From assembly GCA_033763315.1 (NCBI GenBank), contig JANRKS010000023.1, positions 96,001 through 160,000 of the forward strand: DNA of 64,000 bases. Direction: 5' to 3'. Shown here in pieces: positions 28,132 to 38,050 of this stretch. The notes below the pieces were generated by a model. That model was given only the letters and a program-made list of their open reading frames with translations. It searched no databases and was not told the origin of the DNA. The stretch's first letter is position 1. Each line of letters starts with the position of its first letter. The translations under genes were made by a program, and so were the position numbers. The DNA comes from Deltaproteobacteria bacterium (GTDB taxonomy: Bacteria > Myxococcota_A > Polyangia > Fen-1088).

Positions 28132-29136
28132 CTAGTTCACGTATCCGAACGCAACGTCCTCAAGACCGCTGCCCCCCACGTTGACGCTGGTCCAGGTCGT
28201 GCCGTTCTCTGAACGCTCAATGGTGCTGCCTCGGATGGACACCCACACCCCGGCGCCAAAGGCGGTGCGCCCTTCATTGCGACCTGCTGGTGTCTTGCAA
28301 GCGCTCGCATCGGTGAAGGTTGGATTGCAGAACACCACGCGGCTGTTGTGACCGCCCTCGCCGCGCGTCCACGTGTTGCCATCGGTGGATGACCACCAGT
28401 TGCCGTTGTCGGTGGCAGCCATGAATTTGCCATCGCCAAACGCCACGCTACGGGCGGCCTCCGTGGCACGGCCTTTGGCCGCCGTCCATGCCACGCCGTC
28501 GAGCGAATACGCTGAGTATCCGAAGCCACCGGCCGCGCCGAACCGGTTGTTCCCCCACTTCACGCCCCCCAGCCACTGGTTGTTTGGATTCTTATGCTCC
28601 GTCCACGTCTTACCGTCGGGTGACGACAAGATCTTCCAACCGGTTGCCACGAAGCGCCCGGCGCCGAAGCCTACCCCGCGAAGCAGGAACTCATCATCAC
28701 CGCCGCCGCCAAGGCGTTGGTCGTCGGTCCACGTTTTACCCAGGTCGGTGGAGCGGATGCGGCGGCCGGCGTAACCCACGGCCACGAACGTGGGGGTGCC
28801 CGTGGGCGTGCCCGCGTCCGGCATCACGACCGCCATGCCGCCCGCACCAGCGTCAGGAGAAAACGCACCACCACCACCGCCCGCCCCGCCGCCGCCCACC
28901 GCGACGCCGCCCGAGCCACCACTTTGCGCTGCGCCCGCCTGCCCCCCGACGCCGCCGGCGGCGCCACTTGCGCCAGCCGGGCCAGAACCGCCCTCGTCGC
29001 CCGCACCGGAATCGGCATCCTCCGGGCTCTCTACGTCACCTGAGACTTGGCCACCGCACGCGCTGGCCAAAGTGGCAATCGTGGTGGCCAATAGGCACGC
29101 CCTGAAGCGGCCGCAACCGCGCGCAAGCTGACGCAT
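28132..29136 (-). CDS. Lipoprotein with Gly-rich linker and BNR/Asp-box propeller
   Basis: ASAC lipobox; repeated S.DG.TWT Asp-boxes and FG.G.F motifs. Confidence 0.7.
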   Translation of the reverse strand: MRQLARGCGRFRACLLATTIATLASACGGQVSGDVESPEDADSGAGDEGGSGPAGASGAAGGVGGQAGAAQSGGSGGVAVGGGGAGGGGGAFSPDAGAGGMAVVMPDAGTPTGTPTFVAVGYAGRRIRSTDLGKTWTDDQRLGGGGDDEFLLRGVGFGAGRFVATGWKILSSPDGKTWTEHKNPNNQWLGGVKWGNNRFGAAGGFGYSAYSLDGVAWTAAKGRATEAARSVAFGDGKFMAATDNGNWWSSTDGNTWTRGEGGHNSRVVFCNPTFTDASACKTPAGRNEGRTAFGAGVWVSIRGSTIERSENGTTWTSVNVGGSGLEDVAFGYVN

Positions 29137-29367
29137 TGTTTGTCACTCCGTCCGAACCACGTGGGGGATGTGAGACGCCTGCGTTAACGCCGGGCGCCGA
29201 GTCGTCCAGTAATTATCGGCGGATTGCTTACAGATTCAAGCGGCAAAATGTTCAGCAAGGTCAATCAACGGGAACAGCTCGCGCGCCCCTGGTTTTCCCC
29301 AGACTGCCGCGACCCGAAGGCGGCGGTGGCCTGGGCTCCACGGACGCAAGATGTTAGAATTACTCGC

Positions 29368-29598
29368 ATGAGCGACGAAGCCAGACAACGCAGGGCACAG
29401 CAACGGAGGGCGACGATGACTGTGGTGAAGTCGCACGCTAGCGGCCTCGCGCCTGACTTGTGCCCGGTAAGTGGTGCTGAGGCTGTCTCCCTGGTTTTCG
29501 AGTTGACACGCATGAGTTGGGCGCTGGCCGGCTTCCCAATGCCAACGTACTCTCGGCAAAACATTCCAATTGCGTTTGTTGCGCGGCAAACGAAGTGA
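29368..29598 (+). CDS. Small hypothetical protein, partner of the nucleotidyltransferase
   Basis: ATG 7 bp after TAGAAT; GTGA overlap with next gene. Confidence 0.6.
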   Translation: MSDEARQRRAQQRRATMTVVKSHASGLAPDLCPVSGAEAVSLVFELTRMSWALAGFPMPTYSRQNIPIAFVARQTK

Positions 29599-30053
29599 TT
29601 GTTCTTCCCGCCGACTTTCGAGACCTGCTCCTGGAGCTGGCTGACGCACGTGCCGAGTTTGTCATCGTCGGCGGCTACGCAGTCGCCTTCCATGGCCACC
29701 CTCGAGCGACCAAGGACATCGACATTCTGGTGAGACCCGACCCGGCCAATGCGAGACGTGTATACAACGCATTGGCAAGATTCGGAGCGCCCCTGAGCGC
29801 TCTTGAGGTGGCGGCCGAAGATTTCGCTGAATACGGAGGCGTCTTGCAGATCGGGTTGCCACCCTTCCGCATCGACGTGATTAACAGTGCTTCGGGAATA
29901 ACGTTTGACGAAGCCATCGAGGAAGGCCGACAACTGAACCTCGATGGTCGAATGATTCCGGTCATTGGCTTAAAGGCGCTCTTGAAAAACAAGCGTGCAT
30001 CCGGCAGGGCCCAAGATCTCGCGGACGTTCAAGCCCTGCACCGCGCGGAATAA
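29595..30053 (+). CDS. Minimal nucleotidyltransferase (TA-like)
   Basis: VIVGGYAVAFHGHPRATKDID and NKRASGRAQDLAD motifs. Confidence 0.85.
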   Translation: MIVLPADFRDLLLELADARAEFVIVGGYAVAFHGHPRATKDIDILVRPDPANARRVYNALARFGAPLSALEVAAEDFAEYGGVLQIGLPPFRIDVINSASGITFDEAIEEGRQLNLDGRMIPVIGLKALLKNKRASGRAQDLADVQALHRAE

Positions 30054-30203
30054 ATCGCTTGGGCGCTGGGCATTGGCCTCGCGGGCGAGAGCCCGACCCA
30101 ACCGTCCAGTCCCCTTGAGGCCCTTCGGGGGCTGGATAGGAGAATCTGGGAAGGGACGGACGCTGACCAATACGTCGAAGGCCTGCGCAAGGAATGGCCT
30201 TGA
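30054..30203 (+). pseudogene. Start-less AbrB/VapB-like antitoxin remnant
   Basis: Frame after TAA 30051-53 reads IAWALGIGLAG...LEALRGLDRRIWEGTDADQYVEGLRKEWP-stop, overlapping the vapC TTG; no ATG/GTG/TTG in frame. Confidence 0.6.
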
Positions 30204-30613
30204 AGGTTTTTTCGGACACGAACCTGTTCATCTATCTGTGGGAACAGAAGTCCTTCGTCAAAGAGATGGAGGCGGTGATGCGAATCATAGAAGGTGGGGG
30301 GCACTCAGTCGCGACCTCAACGTTGACGTTGGGCGAAGTATTGGTTCACCCCTTGCGCCACGGAGATCCTATGGTGATGAAGACATACACCGAAGCGATG
30401 CTGAGGCTTTCTCCGATACCGTTCGATGCAGAGGCCGCCGTGCTCTTTGCGCAGCTGCGAGCGTCCAATCCCAACCTGCGTCCACCGGACGCCGTCCAGC
30501 TGGCTTGCGCAGCCACCGGCGCTTGTGAACTCTTCCTAACAAACGACAACCGTCTCGCTACGGTGCAGTTGTTTGGCGGGCCAAAGATTCAGGCTCTTGC
30601 CGATTGGGCTTAA
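30200..30613 (+). CDS. vapC: VapC PIN-domain toxin
   Basis: DTN, TLGEVLV, PDAVQLA, LTND acidic motifs. Confidence 0.9.
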   Translation: MKVFSDTNLFIYLWEQKSFVKEMEAVMRIIEGGGHSVATSTLTLGEVLVHPLRHGDPMVMKTYTEAMLRLSPIPFDAEAAVLFAQLRASNPNLRPPDAVQLACAATGACELFLTNDNRLATVQLFGGPKIQALADWA

Positions 30614-30803
30614 ACCTCATCCGCATCCAAATATCTTTAGTCTTAAGCTACGTCGCGACTGACCGCAAAAGGATGCGCCTACAAACCGCGACGCACAATT
30701 GAGCGCTGAATTGAAATCGATGCCCGTCACTGCGACGACGGCAAGCGCCATGAAATGCACCAGTGATTGTGGACTGGCCGGGCGATTGAAGAATGAGAAC
30801 GGT

Positions 30804-32162
30804 TCACGGCGCTCCGCAGGTGGCACTGGCTGTTGCGCAGGATGTGAAGCCGCAACTCATTGAGACGTTTGCGGTGCTGTTACCGGTGGCTAGCACCCCT
30901 GTGCCTTGAACAGCTCCTGAGCATGAAATGCCGGGGGCGTTGTTGTTGAGGACGCTCACACGGTCAAGACGTGTGGCGGCCGTGGGGTTTGTGAGGCGGA
31001 TGCCGCCCCAAAGAATGCCGGCCAGGTCGCCGGGGCCGTTGCCTGAGATGGTTGAGTTCGTGAGGACTAATGTGCCGCCGTCAACCAAGACGCCCCCGCC
31101 TTCGTTGTTTTGAATTCGCGAGGACTCTAGTTGCAGTTTGGCATTCGAACTTATGGAAATGCCTTGCTTCGTGCCTCCGCTGATTGTTAGTCCGCGTGCA
31201 TAGAGATCGCCGCCGGAAACTTGAAGCCCAATGCCCGCCCCCGAGGAGATCCGAGCCCCGCCCTGCCCCACCACCGCCAGCTTCCCAGGCCCGGGGTAAG
31301 TTGCGCCGAAAACCGCCTCAGGACCTTTCATCACCACCAACGCTTTGCCTCCCGCTTTGGCTGCGCTCATGCCTTCCTGCAATCCACATATCGGCATGCC
31401 GGCCGTTCCTGGGTTCGTGTTCGAGCACTTTGCGGTGACGTTCTCGACGAAAATCGTTTCCCCCGCAGCGGCACACCGACCATCGTCGTGTGCCATACAA
31501 ACCCCGGGGCTTGCCCCAACCTTGGCCACGCACTCCGCATCGGCGCTGCACGCGCGGCATGTGTTCTGGCTGCATATCGGCTTTGCTGCCGCGCCACAGT
31601 CACCACTGCCAACGCATTCAACGCACTTGCCTGTGCTTGCCTCGCACACCGGCTTTGCCGCGCTTCTTGCGTTGCATGCGGTGGCCGCCACACCCGTGGC
31701 ATTACAAGCCACACAAGCACCCGACGAGCAAACAGGGGCAGCTTCTCCGCACTGGCTACTTTGCAAACACGCTACGCATTTGCCACTCGCGACCTCACAA
31801 AAAGGCGCCGCTGCGTTTACACCCAAACATTGAGCATCGTTCGCACAAGCCACGCACAAACCTTGGCCGCCACATATCGGCTTTTCACCACCGCAGTCAC
31901 CACTGACTGCGCACGTCCCAGCCGTATCGCTCGAAATTGTGTCCCCGCCGCTTGTATCAGGCGCCGCGCCGTCCATCCCCGCCGTGCCCACGTCGGCGCC
32001 GCCGTCTCCGGGCTGACCAATGCACAGGTTCGTAACCAAATCACAAACCCCCGTTTCGCACTCTTCGTTTGTCACGCACGTCGATGCGCGGTCGCGCGTG
32101 CATGACGCGGCAAGAAGAGTCGTGAAGACGAAGCCAACCAGAGCCCAATTGTTGATGCGCAT
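30804..32162 (-). CDS. Cys-rich repeat lipoprotein with C-terminal beta-helix
   Basis: AASC lipobox; repeated C..C....C....P.C units; parallel beta-helix repeats. Confidence 0.75.
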   Translation of the reverse strand: MRINNWALVGFVFTTLLAASCTRDRASTCVTNEECETGVCDLVTNLCIGQPGDGGADVGTAGMDGAAPDTSGGDTISSDTAGTCAVSGDCGGEKPICGGQGLCVACANDAQCLGVNAAAPFCEVASGKCVACLQSSQCGEAAPVCSSGACVACNATGVAATACNARSAAKPVCEASTGKCVECVGSGDCGAAAKPICSQNTCRACSADAECVAKVGASPGVCMAHDDGRCAAAGETIFVENVTAKCSNTNPGTAGMPICGLQEGMSAAKAGGKALVVMKGPEAVFGATYPGPGKLAVVGQGGARISSGAGIGLQVSGGDLYARGLTISGGTKQGISISSNAKLQLESSRIQNNEGGGVLVDGGTLVLTNSTISGNGPGDLAGILWGGIRLTNPTAATRLDRVSVLNNNAPGISCSGAVQGTGVLATGNSTANVSMSCGFTSCATASATCGAP

Positions 32163-32165
32163 GAT

Positions 32166-32981
32166 TTAGTACCTGCCCAAAATCGAAAGGCCGCTCACTG
32201 TGGGCAGCACCGCCAAGGAAACTGTTTGTTGGTCGTTCCTCAGCCACAAAGCCCCCACCGCTCCCGCCCCTACGCCGACGGCGCCCAAAACCGTTAGAAC
32301 TGTGCCCGCAGACTTGGTTTCGAACTCACGCCTGCACGCATCATTCGCCAAGTTGCAATCGGTTCCGTTGCCATGGATTGCCAGCAACGTCACTCCTGCC
32401 AACAGCGATGCCCCTCCCACAGCCATCGAAGGCCAAGCCCACGCCGGCGCCACACTAACGGAAGCCGGTTTGGCCACAGGCTCTTTCACCACAGGCTCCG
32501 CAGCCGGGGCTGGTGGCGACGGCGCCGGTGAGGCAACAGGGCTCTGGGGTAAGAGCCCCAACCGCACAAGCTGTTTCCCCATCAAGCGAAGAGCGCCTCC
32601 CAGGCTGCAATCAGGCTCCATGCATGTGGAGCGTTCGCGGTTGATGCGCCGGCCGCCCTTTTCCAACAGGTCCAGCGTGATAGCGATCCCCTCGGCACCT
32701 GCATTTTCCAAGCTGGTCTGCACAAGAAAATCGGCGACGGGATTCACGCTTTGTGATTTACCGCCGGTTGCTTTGTAACTGGATGATGGCGTGATTTGAT
32801 AACCCGAGGTCTGAAGCCCTCTGGTTAAAGAGTCTTCAAGGGCCTCTGAAGACAGGGGCAGAACCAAACCTTTTTCGACGTGGAATGGCAGAACCCCAAT
32901 CGTCTCAGCAAGGGCTGATGCGGGTGCAAACATAGTTGGTATCAGCGCGCACAACAAAATCGTAAACCTAGGTGCTCTCAT
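32166..32981 (-). CDS. Secreted/membrane hypothetical protein
   Basis: Signal peptide, Pro-rich linker, C-terminal hydrophobic segments ending GRY; ATGA coupling to the kinase. Confidence 0.65.
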   Translation of the reverse strand: MRAPRFTILLCALIPTMFAPASALAETIGVLPFHVEKGLVLPLSSEALEDSLTRGLQTSGYQITPSSSYKATGGKSQSVNPVADFLVQTSLENAGAEGIAITLDLLEKGGRRINRERSTCMEPDCSLGGALRLMGKQLVRLGLLPQSPVASPAPSPPAPAAEPVVKEPVAKPASVSVAPAWAWPSMAVGGASLLAGVTLLAIHGNGTDCNLANDACRREFETKSAGTVLTVLGAVGVGAGAVGALWLRNDQQTVSLAVLPTVSGLSILGRY

Positions 32982-34783
32982 TTTTTCTGACCCTGCAGCA
33001 AGCGCTGCCAAAATGTAAGTTTCGCAGCTGTCGCTGCCGAGGGGGCGTCGATGCGTCGTCGCAGATCCGTATTCACGGATTCCGGATCACGCAGCGAAAG
33101 AAGCATGAAGTATTCGCGCGGCGTTCGGGGCCCAACCTCGTTGGGTAGCAGCAATGCCCTGACTCTTTCTGAGACAGGTAGCGTTTTCGCCCGAGGCCCT
33201 TCGGCGAGAATGTTTACCTCGCGGTCTTGCCACCAGCGGACCCACTGCTCACGCGAAAGGCTGCGGTATTCGCCCAGCCCCAGAGCTTCCGGATGAAGAA
33301 CCATCGATTCATTCGACAATCGATCTTCGGCCACCCAAAAACCTTCGCGGCCCCACGGACGCGGCCCCTTCCATTCGGGCGATAGCCGCACCCTCCATCC
33401 AACCTCACAAAACCGAGGCCAGGTAAGGACTGCGTGAAAATCCACAGGCAAGACAACGCCCGTGATCGGATCACGGCCGTTGTCAGCGTTGAGCATGACC
33501 CACTCCTCGAATGTGCCGGCGATCCCTGCTTTCTTCGCCACCTCAAATCGTTCAAGGGCGCGGGCCATGGCTTCGCCAAGCTTCTGTGGGTCGAACCCCG
33601 GCACGAAGTCGGCTGCGCCACTGCGAATGCCTTGGGGATGTTCCTTGGACGTTGATGCTTCGTTTAGCGGCGCGTTCGGTACCGGCGCAACTGCAATCAA
33701 GTGGGGAGGCCCTGAGACTGCATTTTGTGGCAAAACCCGCGTGTTTTCTGGCTGTGCTTGAGGTTCCAGAACGCGGGTAGGCTGGATCAACACGCGCGTG
33801 GGCGGCAGTTGCCTCTCTGTTTCGTTGACTGGTGGCGGTGGATCCGCCTTGCCTTCGCGGGCCACCGCGGCGTCGCGCACAAAGCGCGCAAGCGGCATCG
33901 GCGATGGATCGTAGGAAGGAAGAGACAAGAAGGCGAGCAAGGCATCGTTGGCGCTTGGGAAACGATCCTGGGGCGACGGGCACAGCAGCCTATTCAAGAT
34001 TTCAGCAAACGCCGGACTCGGACCGCCGCCCTGCGGGTCTTTAGGCGGTGGCACTTTGCAGGCCCTTACGTTCTCCATCGTTTCAGCTTCGTTGCGCGCC
34101 GCAAATAGCGACCGCCCGGAAAACGCCTCCCAAAGCACAACCCCCAACGCAAAAAGATCCGTCGCACATGAGGCGTCGTGGCCAGCCAGAAGCTCGGGCG
34201 CGAAATACGGCAACTTCCCGTAAATCATGTTGGAGCGGATTGCGCTTAACTTTGCGGTGGCCTTGGCAACACCAAAATCTGAGACCTTCACTTGCCCTGC
34301 TTGCGTGAGCAAGATGTTCTGCGGCGATAGATCCCTGTGCACGAGGCCCAGGCCTTTGTGTTCGTGCAGATAAGCCAAGCCCTTTAGAGCTTCCACTGCC
34401 ACGTGCGCGGTCTGGGCCTCTGGCAGCGCCAAACCGTTCGAACGCCGGGCGTCCAGCAACTGCCATAGGTTGCCTCCGTCAACGAGTTCCATGGCGATGA
34501 AGTAACGCCCGGCCAAGGCAGGATGGGCGTCTTGGGGAATCTGATCGAAATCGAATACGGCCAGCAAGTTGGCGTGCGAGAACGAAGCGGCAAGACGGGC
34601 CTCTTGAAGGAACAGCCGCTCGGCTTCGGGCGCTTCATCGAAGTGCGCCAAGATAAACTTGAGAGCCACGCCTTTCTGGAAGTCGCCGGGGCCCCGCACG
34701 CTTGCCGCCCAAACCTCGGCCATGCCTCCCCGGGCAACGCGACGTTCGAGTTGATATTTACCTATCTGTGCGCCGGCCAGCAC
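32978..34783 (-). CDS. Ser/Thr protein kinase with unrecognised C-terminal domain
   Basis: GGMAEVW, VALK, HRDLSPQN, DFG, APE. Confidence 0.9.
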   Translation of the reverse strand: MLAGAQIGKYQLERRVARGGMAEVWAASVRGPGDFQKGVALKFILAHFDEAPEAERLFLQEARLAASFSHANLLAVFDFDQIPQDAHPALAGRYFIAMELVDGGNLWQLLDARRSNGLALPEAQTAHVAVEALKGLAYLHEHKGLGLVHRDLSPQNILLTQAGQVKVSDFGVAKATAKLSAIRSNMIYGKLPYFAPELLAGHDASCATDLFALGVVLWEAFSGRSLFAARNEAETMENVRACKVPPPKDPQGGGPSPAFAEILNRLLCPSPQDRFPSANDALLAFLSLPSYDPSPMPLARFVRDAAVAREGKADPPPPVNETERQLPPTRVLIQPTRVLEPQAQPENTRVLPQNAVSGPPHLIAVAPVPNAPLNEASTSKEHPQGIRSGAADFVPGFDPQKLGEAMARALERFEVAKKAGIAGTFEEWVMLNADNGRDPITGVVLPVDFHAVLTWPRFCEVGWRVRLSPEWKGPRPWGREGFWVAEDRLSNESMVLHPEALGLGEYRSLSREQWVRWWQDREVNILAEGPRAKTLPVSERVRALLLPNEVGPRTPREYFMLLSLRDPESVNTDLRRRIDAPSAATAAKLTFWQRLLQGQKK

Positions 34784-34885
34784 GGCTCGAACCTATACCA
34801 GGGAACGCCCATTGTCACCGCACGCTGGCCAAGCAAGGGTATTGGAACAGCGTAAGTTACTACCTCGACCGGGAGTGTCGTTTAG

Positions 34886-35668
34886 CTAGAACATTGGCGC
34901 TCTAGGATTGATCCGAAGACTTCCCAAACCGTCTACGCGTTTCACGGCCGTTGAACGAGCAAAAACCTCGTCACCCAGGATGGCCCCAAGCACACCACCA
35001 ACCAAGGCACCGACGGCTACGCAAACTGGTGCGCCGGGACCGCATGCCAGACCCGCTGCGGCGCCACCCAAAGCTCCTCCTGCAAAGCCACCAGCGAGCA
35101 CAACGCCTTCGCGCGCGGCTGCTTGCACTTTGTCTTCAGCGGTACCGATGTTGTAGACCGCGATTCCAATCGAAAGCACCCACAATCCACGTCCAAAAGC
35201 TCCCAGGCGTCGGGCGGCTGCAGTCGCCTGTGGCCTGGGGCGGCCGGCCGCTTCCAGCACTTCGAGGAGTACTGCCTTTTGCTCGGCCTCTGAAACCAAA
35301 GCGAATGCTCGACCGAACTTGTTCTTGGCATACTTGTCCAGAAGTGCCTGGAACTCAGCCCCCCGCGCCTTTAATCGTTCCGCCCATGCCCGACCCAGAT
35401 CGCTTGAGCGGCGCCGCATGGAATCCAAAAGTTCGTTACGCATTTGGTGCGCTGCCTGCGCCGCCTGGCGAGCCGACAGCGCGCCAGACTGATAAGAGCT
35501 GCGCAGCTCGTCCACGAACTGACGGCTTCGGCGCAGGTACTCTTCACGAACCCGCGCGTCTTTAATGAACCGCTGCGCGAAATTGACCGCTTCGGACTCG
35601 ATCATCCGAGTGGCCTCGTCCACCAAGCTGTCTTCGGGGGTAATGCACATCAAGAACGGTTCAGGCAT
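34886..35668 (-). CDS. Hypothetical protein with C-terminal glycine-zipper membrane segments
   Basis: Helical N-terminus; GGFAGGALGGAAAGLACGPGAPVCVAVGALVGGVLG. Confidence 0.7.
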   Translation of the reverse strand: MPEPFLMCITPEDSLVDEATRMIESEAVNFAQRFIKDARVREEYLRRSRQFVDELRSSYQSGALSARQAAQAAHQMRNELLDSMRRRSSDLGRAWAERLKARGAEFQALLDKYAKNKFGRAFALVSEAEQKAVLLEVLEAAGRPRPQATAAARRLGAFGRGLWVLSIGIAVYNIGTAEDKVQAAAREGVVLAGGFAGGALGGAAAGLACGPGAPVCVAVGALVGGVLGAILGDEVFARSTAVKRVDGLGSLRINPRAPMF

Positions 35669-36113
35669 TTTCGTATAACTCTAGGAAAGTTGGTTTAAGC
35701 CAGCGTTGTGCGGATCCAAACAGGCCGGGCGCGATCGGCGCGCCCTTGGGGACCCGGCGAAAGCGTGCTGATACGGGATGAATTCTAACATTCCATCGCC
35801 CCAGAAAGTCGAATTGGAACGAATCTGGTCCTAGCGGCGAAATGTTGGAAACCATGTCCATGGGCGCGTATGCACCGCCGATCGAAAGGACATCGAGTAC
35901 TTCGAACTGCGGCGACACCAGGACGATGTTAACGATGTCTTCGGCCAAAGTGTCGTCTGCTGTTACTGCGAGGCGACGCCCATCAACAAGGCGATACTGC
36001 GCGTGCAGAGCAACACCCGGCACTGATGCAACGAAATCATTTCCGACCATCAGGCGGCTACGGGAGGCACCGATGTCGGGCGAGGTCAAAGCAAGGTCTT
36101 GAGTTGGAGTCAT
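35661..36113 (-). CDS. Hypothetical protein (start uncertain)
   Basis: ORF overlapping the downstream gene by 8 bp. Confidence 0.55.
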   Translation of the reverse strand: MTPTQDLALTSPDIGASRSRLMVGNDFVASVPGVALHAQYRLVDGRRLAVTADDTLAEDIVNIVLVSPQFEVLDVLSIGGAYAPMDMVSNISPLGPDSFQFDFLGRWNVRIHPVSARFRRVPKGAPIAPGLFGSAQRWLKPTFLELYENA

Positions 36114-36129
36114 CGCATTTCCAACGCAC

Positions 36130-37071
36130 TCATCGCGCGGACTGCTGGCCGCTATCGCCTTCTGGACCGTCCCCGTCGATGTGAGCGTCAAGTTGCTCGT
36201 TCCAGGCCCTTCGAATGGTTTCGTACTCACCAGGGCACAACGCCAGACGACTTCTCGGTAAACCTCCCCTTACTACAGCCTCGCCAAGATCCCTGTCGTC
36301 AGAATTTGCGCCGTACACCCAGCAGAGTAGATTGAGAGCTCGTTGGCGCCCCAGAGGATGTTCGTCACCCAGGCTGTCGTCCGAAAGAGAGTCATCCTTG
36401 GCAACGATCCTCCCGAATGCCACCGCAGCATCAGCCAGCGTCTGATCAGCGTCCTCGTTGTCGACGAGGTCTGACAGGGCAAATACCGCAAATCTATCAG
36501 CAACATCTTCCGCGTTCGCCGGGATCTGTATGCCCGCGATGTCGACGATTGCGTGACCAAGTTCGTGAAAAAAGAAGAAGGTCATCGCATTATGGATGGC
36601 AGAATCTACACGAGCTTCGTCGACACCTCCGTCTTCAGACTGGTAGGCCTTGATCATTCCTTTAGTAATGAGATTGATGAACTGGTAGCAGATCGTAATC
36701 GATTGCGTTGCCGGACTGTAGAACGCGTTTTCTGCATCCGGCCCCTCGCAGTCCTTGAACGTTGTCGGAAGCGGTTTTTCGAGCGCGAACTTTGCGTTTA
36801 GATTTGCGAGGAAGCTCGAGAGGAACCTCGCTTCCTTCACGGCGTCGGCGATATCCTGTAATGTTTCCGAGGGTTCGTAGCTGACGGAAAAGTCGCCATG
36901 GTCCTCGACTGATGACCCCTCCGCCCTCTCAGGAAGGGCCTTGCGCATGGAGTCTGGGTTCTCGTTGATAGCCGTCGTGGTCTGGGTTGTGGCACAAGCT
37001 GCCATTCCTAAAGCAAGCAGTGTGGGACCCAACGAAGCGGTGTTTCGTGGCGGAGCTCCTCTTCGGCGCAT
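36130..37071 (-). CDS. DUF4344-like zinc metallopeptidase lipoprotein
   Basis: AAC lipobox; NAFY, ICY, HELGHA, EDVAD, EHP..QR, CWVYG. Confidence 0.85.
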   Translation of the reverse strand: MRRRGAPPRNTASLGPTLLALGMAACATTQTTTAINENPDSMRKALPERAEGSSVEDHGDFSVSYEPSETLQDIADAVKEARFLSSFLANLNAKFALEKPLPTTFKDCEGPDAENAFYSPATQSITICYQFINLITKGMIKAYQSEDGGVDEARVDSAIHNAMTFFFFHELGHAIVDIAGIQIPANAEDVADRFAVFALSDLVDNEDADQTLADAAVAFGRIVAKDDSLSDDSLGDEHPLGRQRALNLLCWVYGANSDDRDLGEAVVRGGLPRSRLALCPGEYETIRRAWNEQLDAHIDGDGPEGDSGQQSAR

Positions 37072-38050
37072 AAGAATTTCCTTCGGCATGAGCAGCGGTT
37101 CGATTGGCTGGCGTGTTGGCATTGCACGATAAAGACAACCTCTGGCCAAGCCCCCATTGTCGCCCGCACAGTGATGCGCTGTCGAGGTTCAATGTGATAG
37201 CGATGGCCTTTTTAGTGCTGCAACGAGGGGTTGGGCGGCGGACCTCAAGCGACTAACTACGGGAGAGCTTGATCTCGATGAAATTTTCTTCGTCGAAGGA
37301 GCCGGCGTCTGTGACCGAGCTTGGATCGAGTTGAAACTCGAAGTTGGAACTGGTTTCTTCGGGCGAGCTTTCCACGTCCTTGTGCTCGCTGAGCCGGAAC
37401 ACTCGGCCGCCAATGACATCGAGTAAGAAAATATCATCGAAGGTATTCTGCCCCTTCAGCAGTTCCGAACAAACTCTCCGATCACTTGCATCAGGGGATT
37501 GCGACAAAGAATAGGCCAGGAGCCAGAATGGCGGAGCTGTTCTTCGCGCGTAGTCCTTTGCGAGCTTCGATTTCGCGGCCCTAAGGAAGAGACTGCTATC
37601 TGCAACAGGAGGTAGGCCGCCGCGCCACATGTACCAAAGCGAACCCGTCTTCCTTGAATGCCGTCGCACGCCCGAAACGGTAACATTTGCGCCTGAAACC
37701 GAGAATTGGTCTTGACTCCAATCAACCCGTCGAATGAGTAGTTCACGGATGATCCCTAGCTGGTTGCCGACCTTGTTAGACTCGTCGCTCGGTAAGAGTG
37801 CGGTGGCTGTTTTAATCACGACGAACCAGCCATCAAGGAATTTTGCCATGCCTCCAACGGCGCAAAGCTCCTCCACCGCCTTGTGTCGTTTTTCGTCTCT
37901 TCCCCTTCGGGAGTCGTCATATGCCTCAACAAGCTGAACACCCGCAATGGGCATGTTCCGTGATTTTGAGAAGATCTCGACGTCGAAGGGCTCATCGTTG
38001 GACTTCTGAGCGGAAGTTGTCAAGTTGGGTGAGACAGACAATTGCTGAAT

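Noticed and set aside
22380-29030. Gly-rich low-complexity GGC tracts
   Set aside because: They encode flexible lipoprotein linkers, not independent DNA repeats
34808-37167. Similar short motifs CCCATTGTCACCGCAC (~34808) and CCCATTGTCGCCCGCAC (~37152)
   Set aside because: Only two short copies; may be promoter elements or chance
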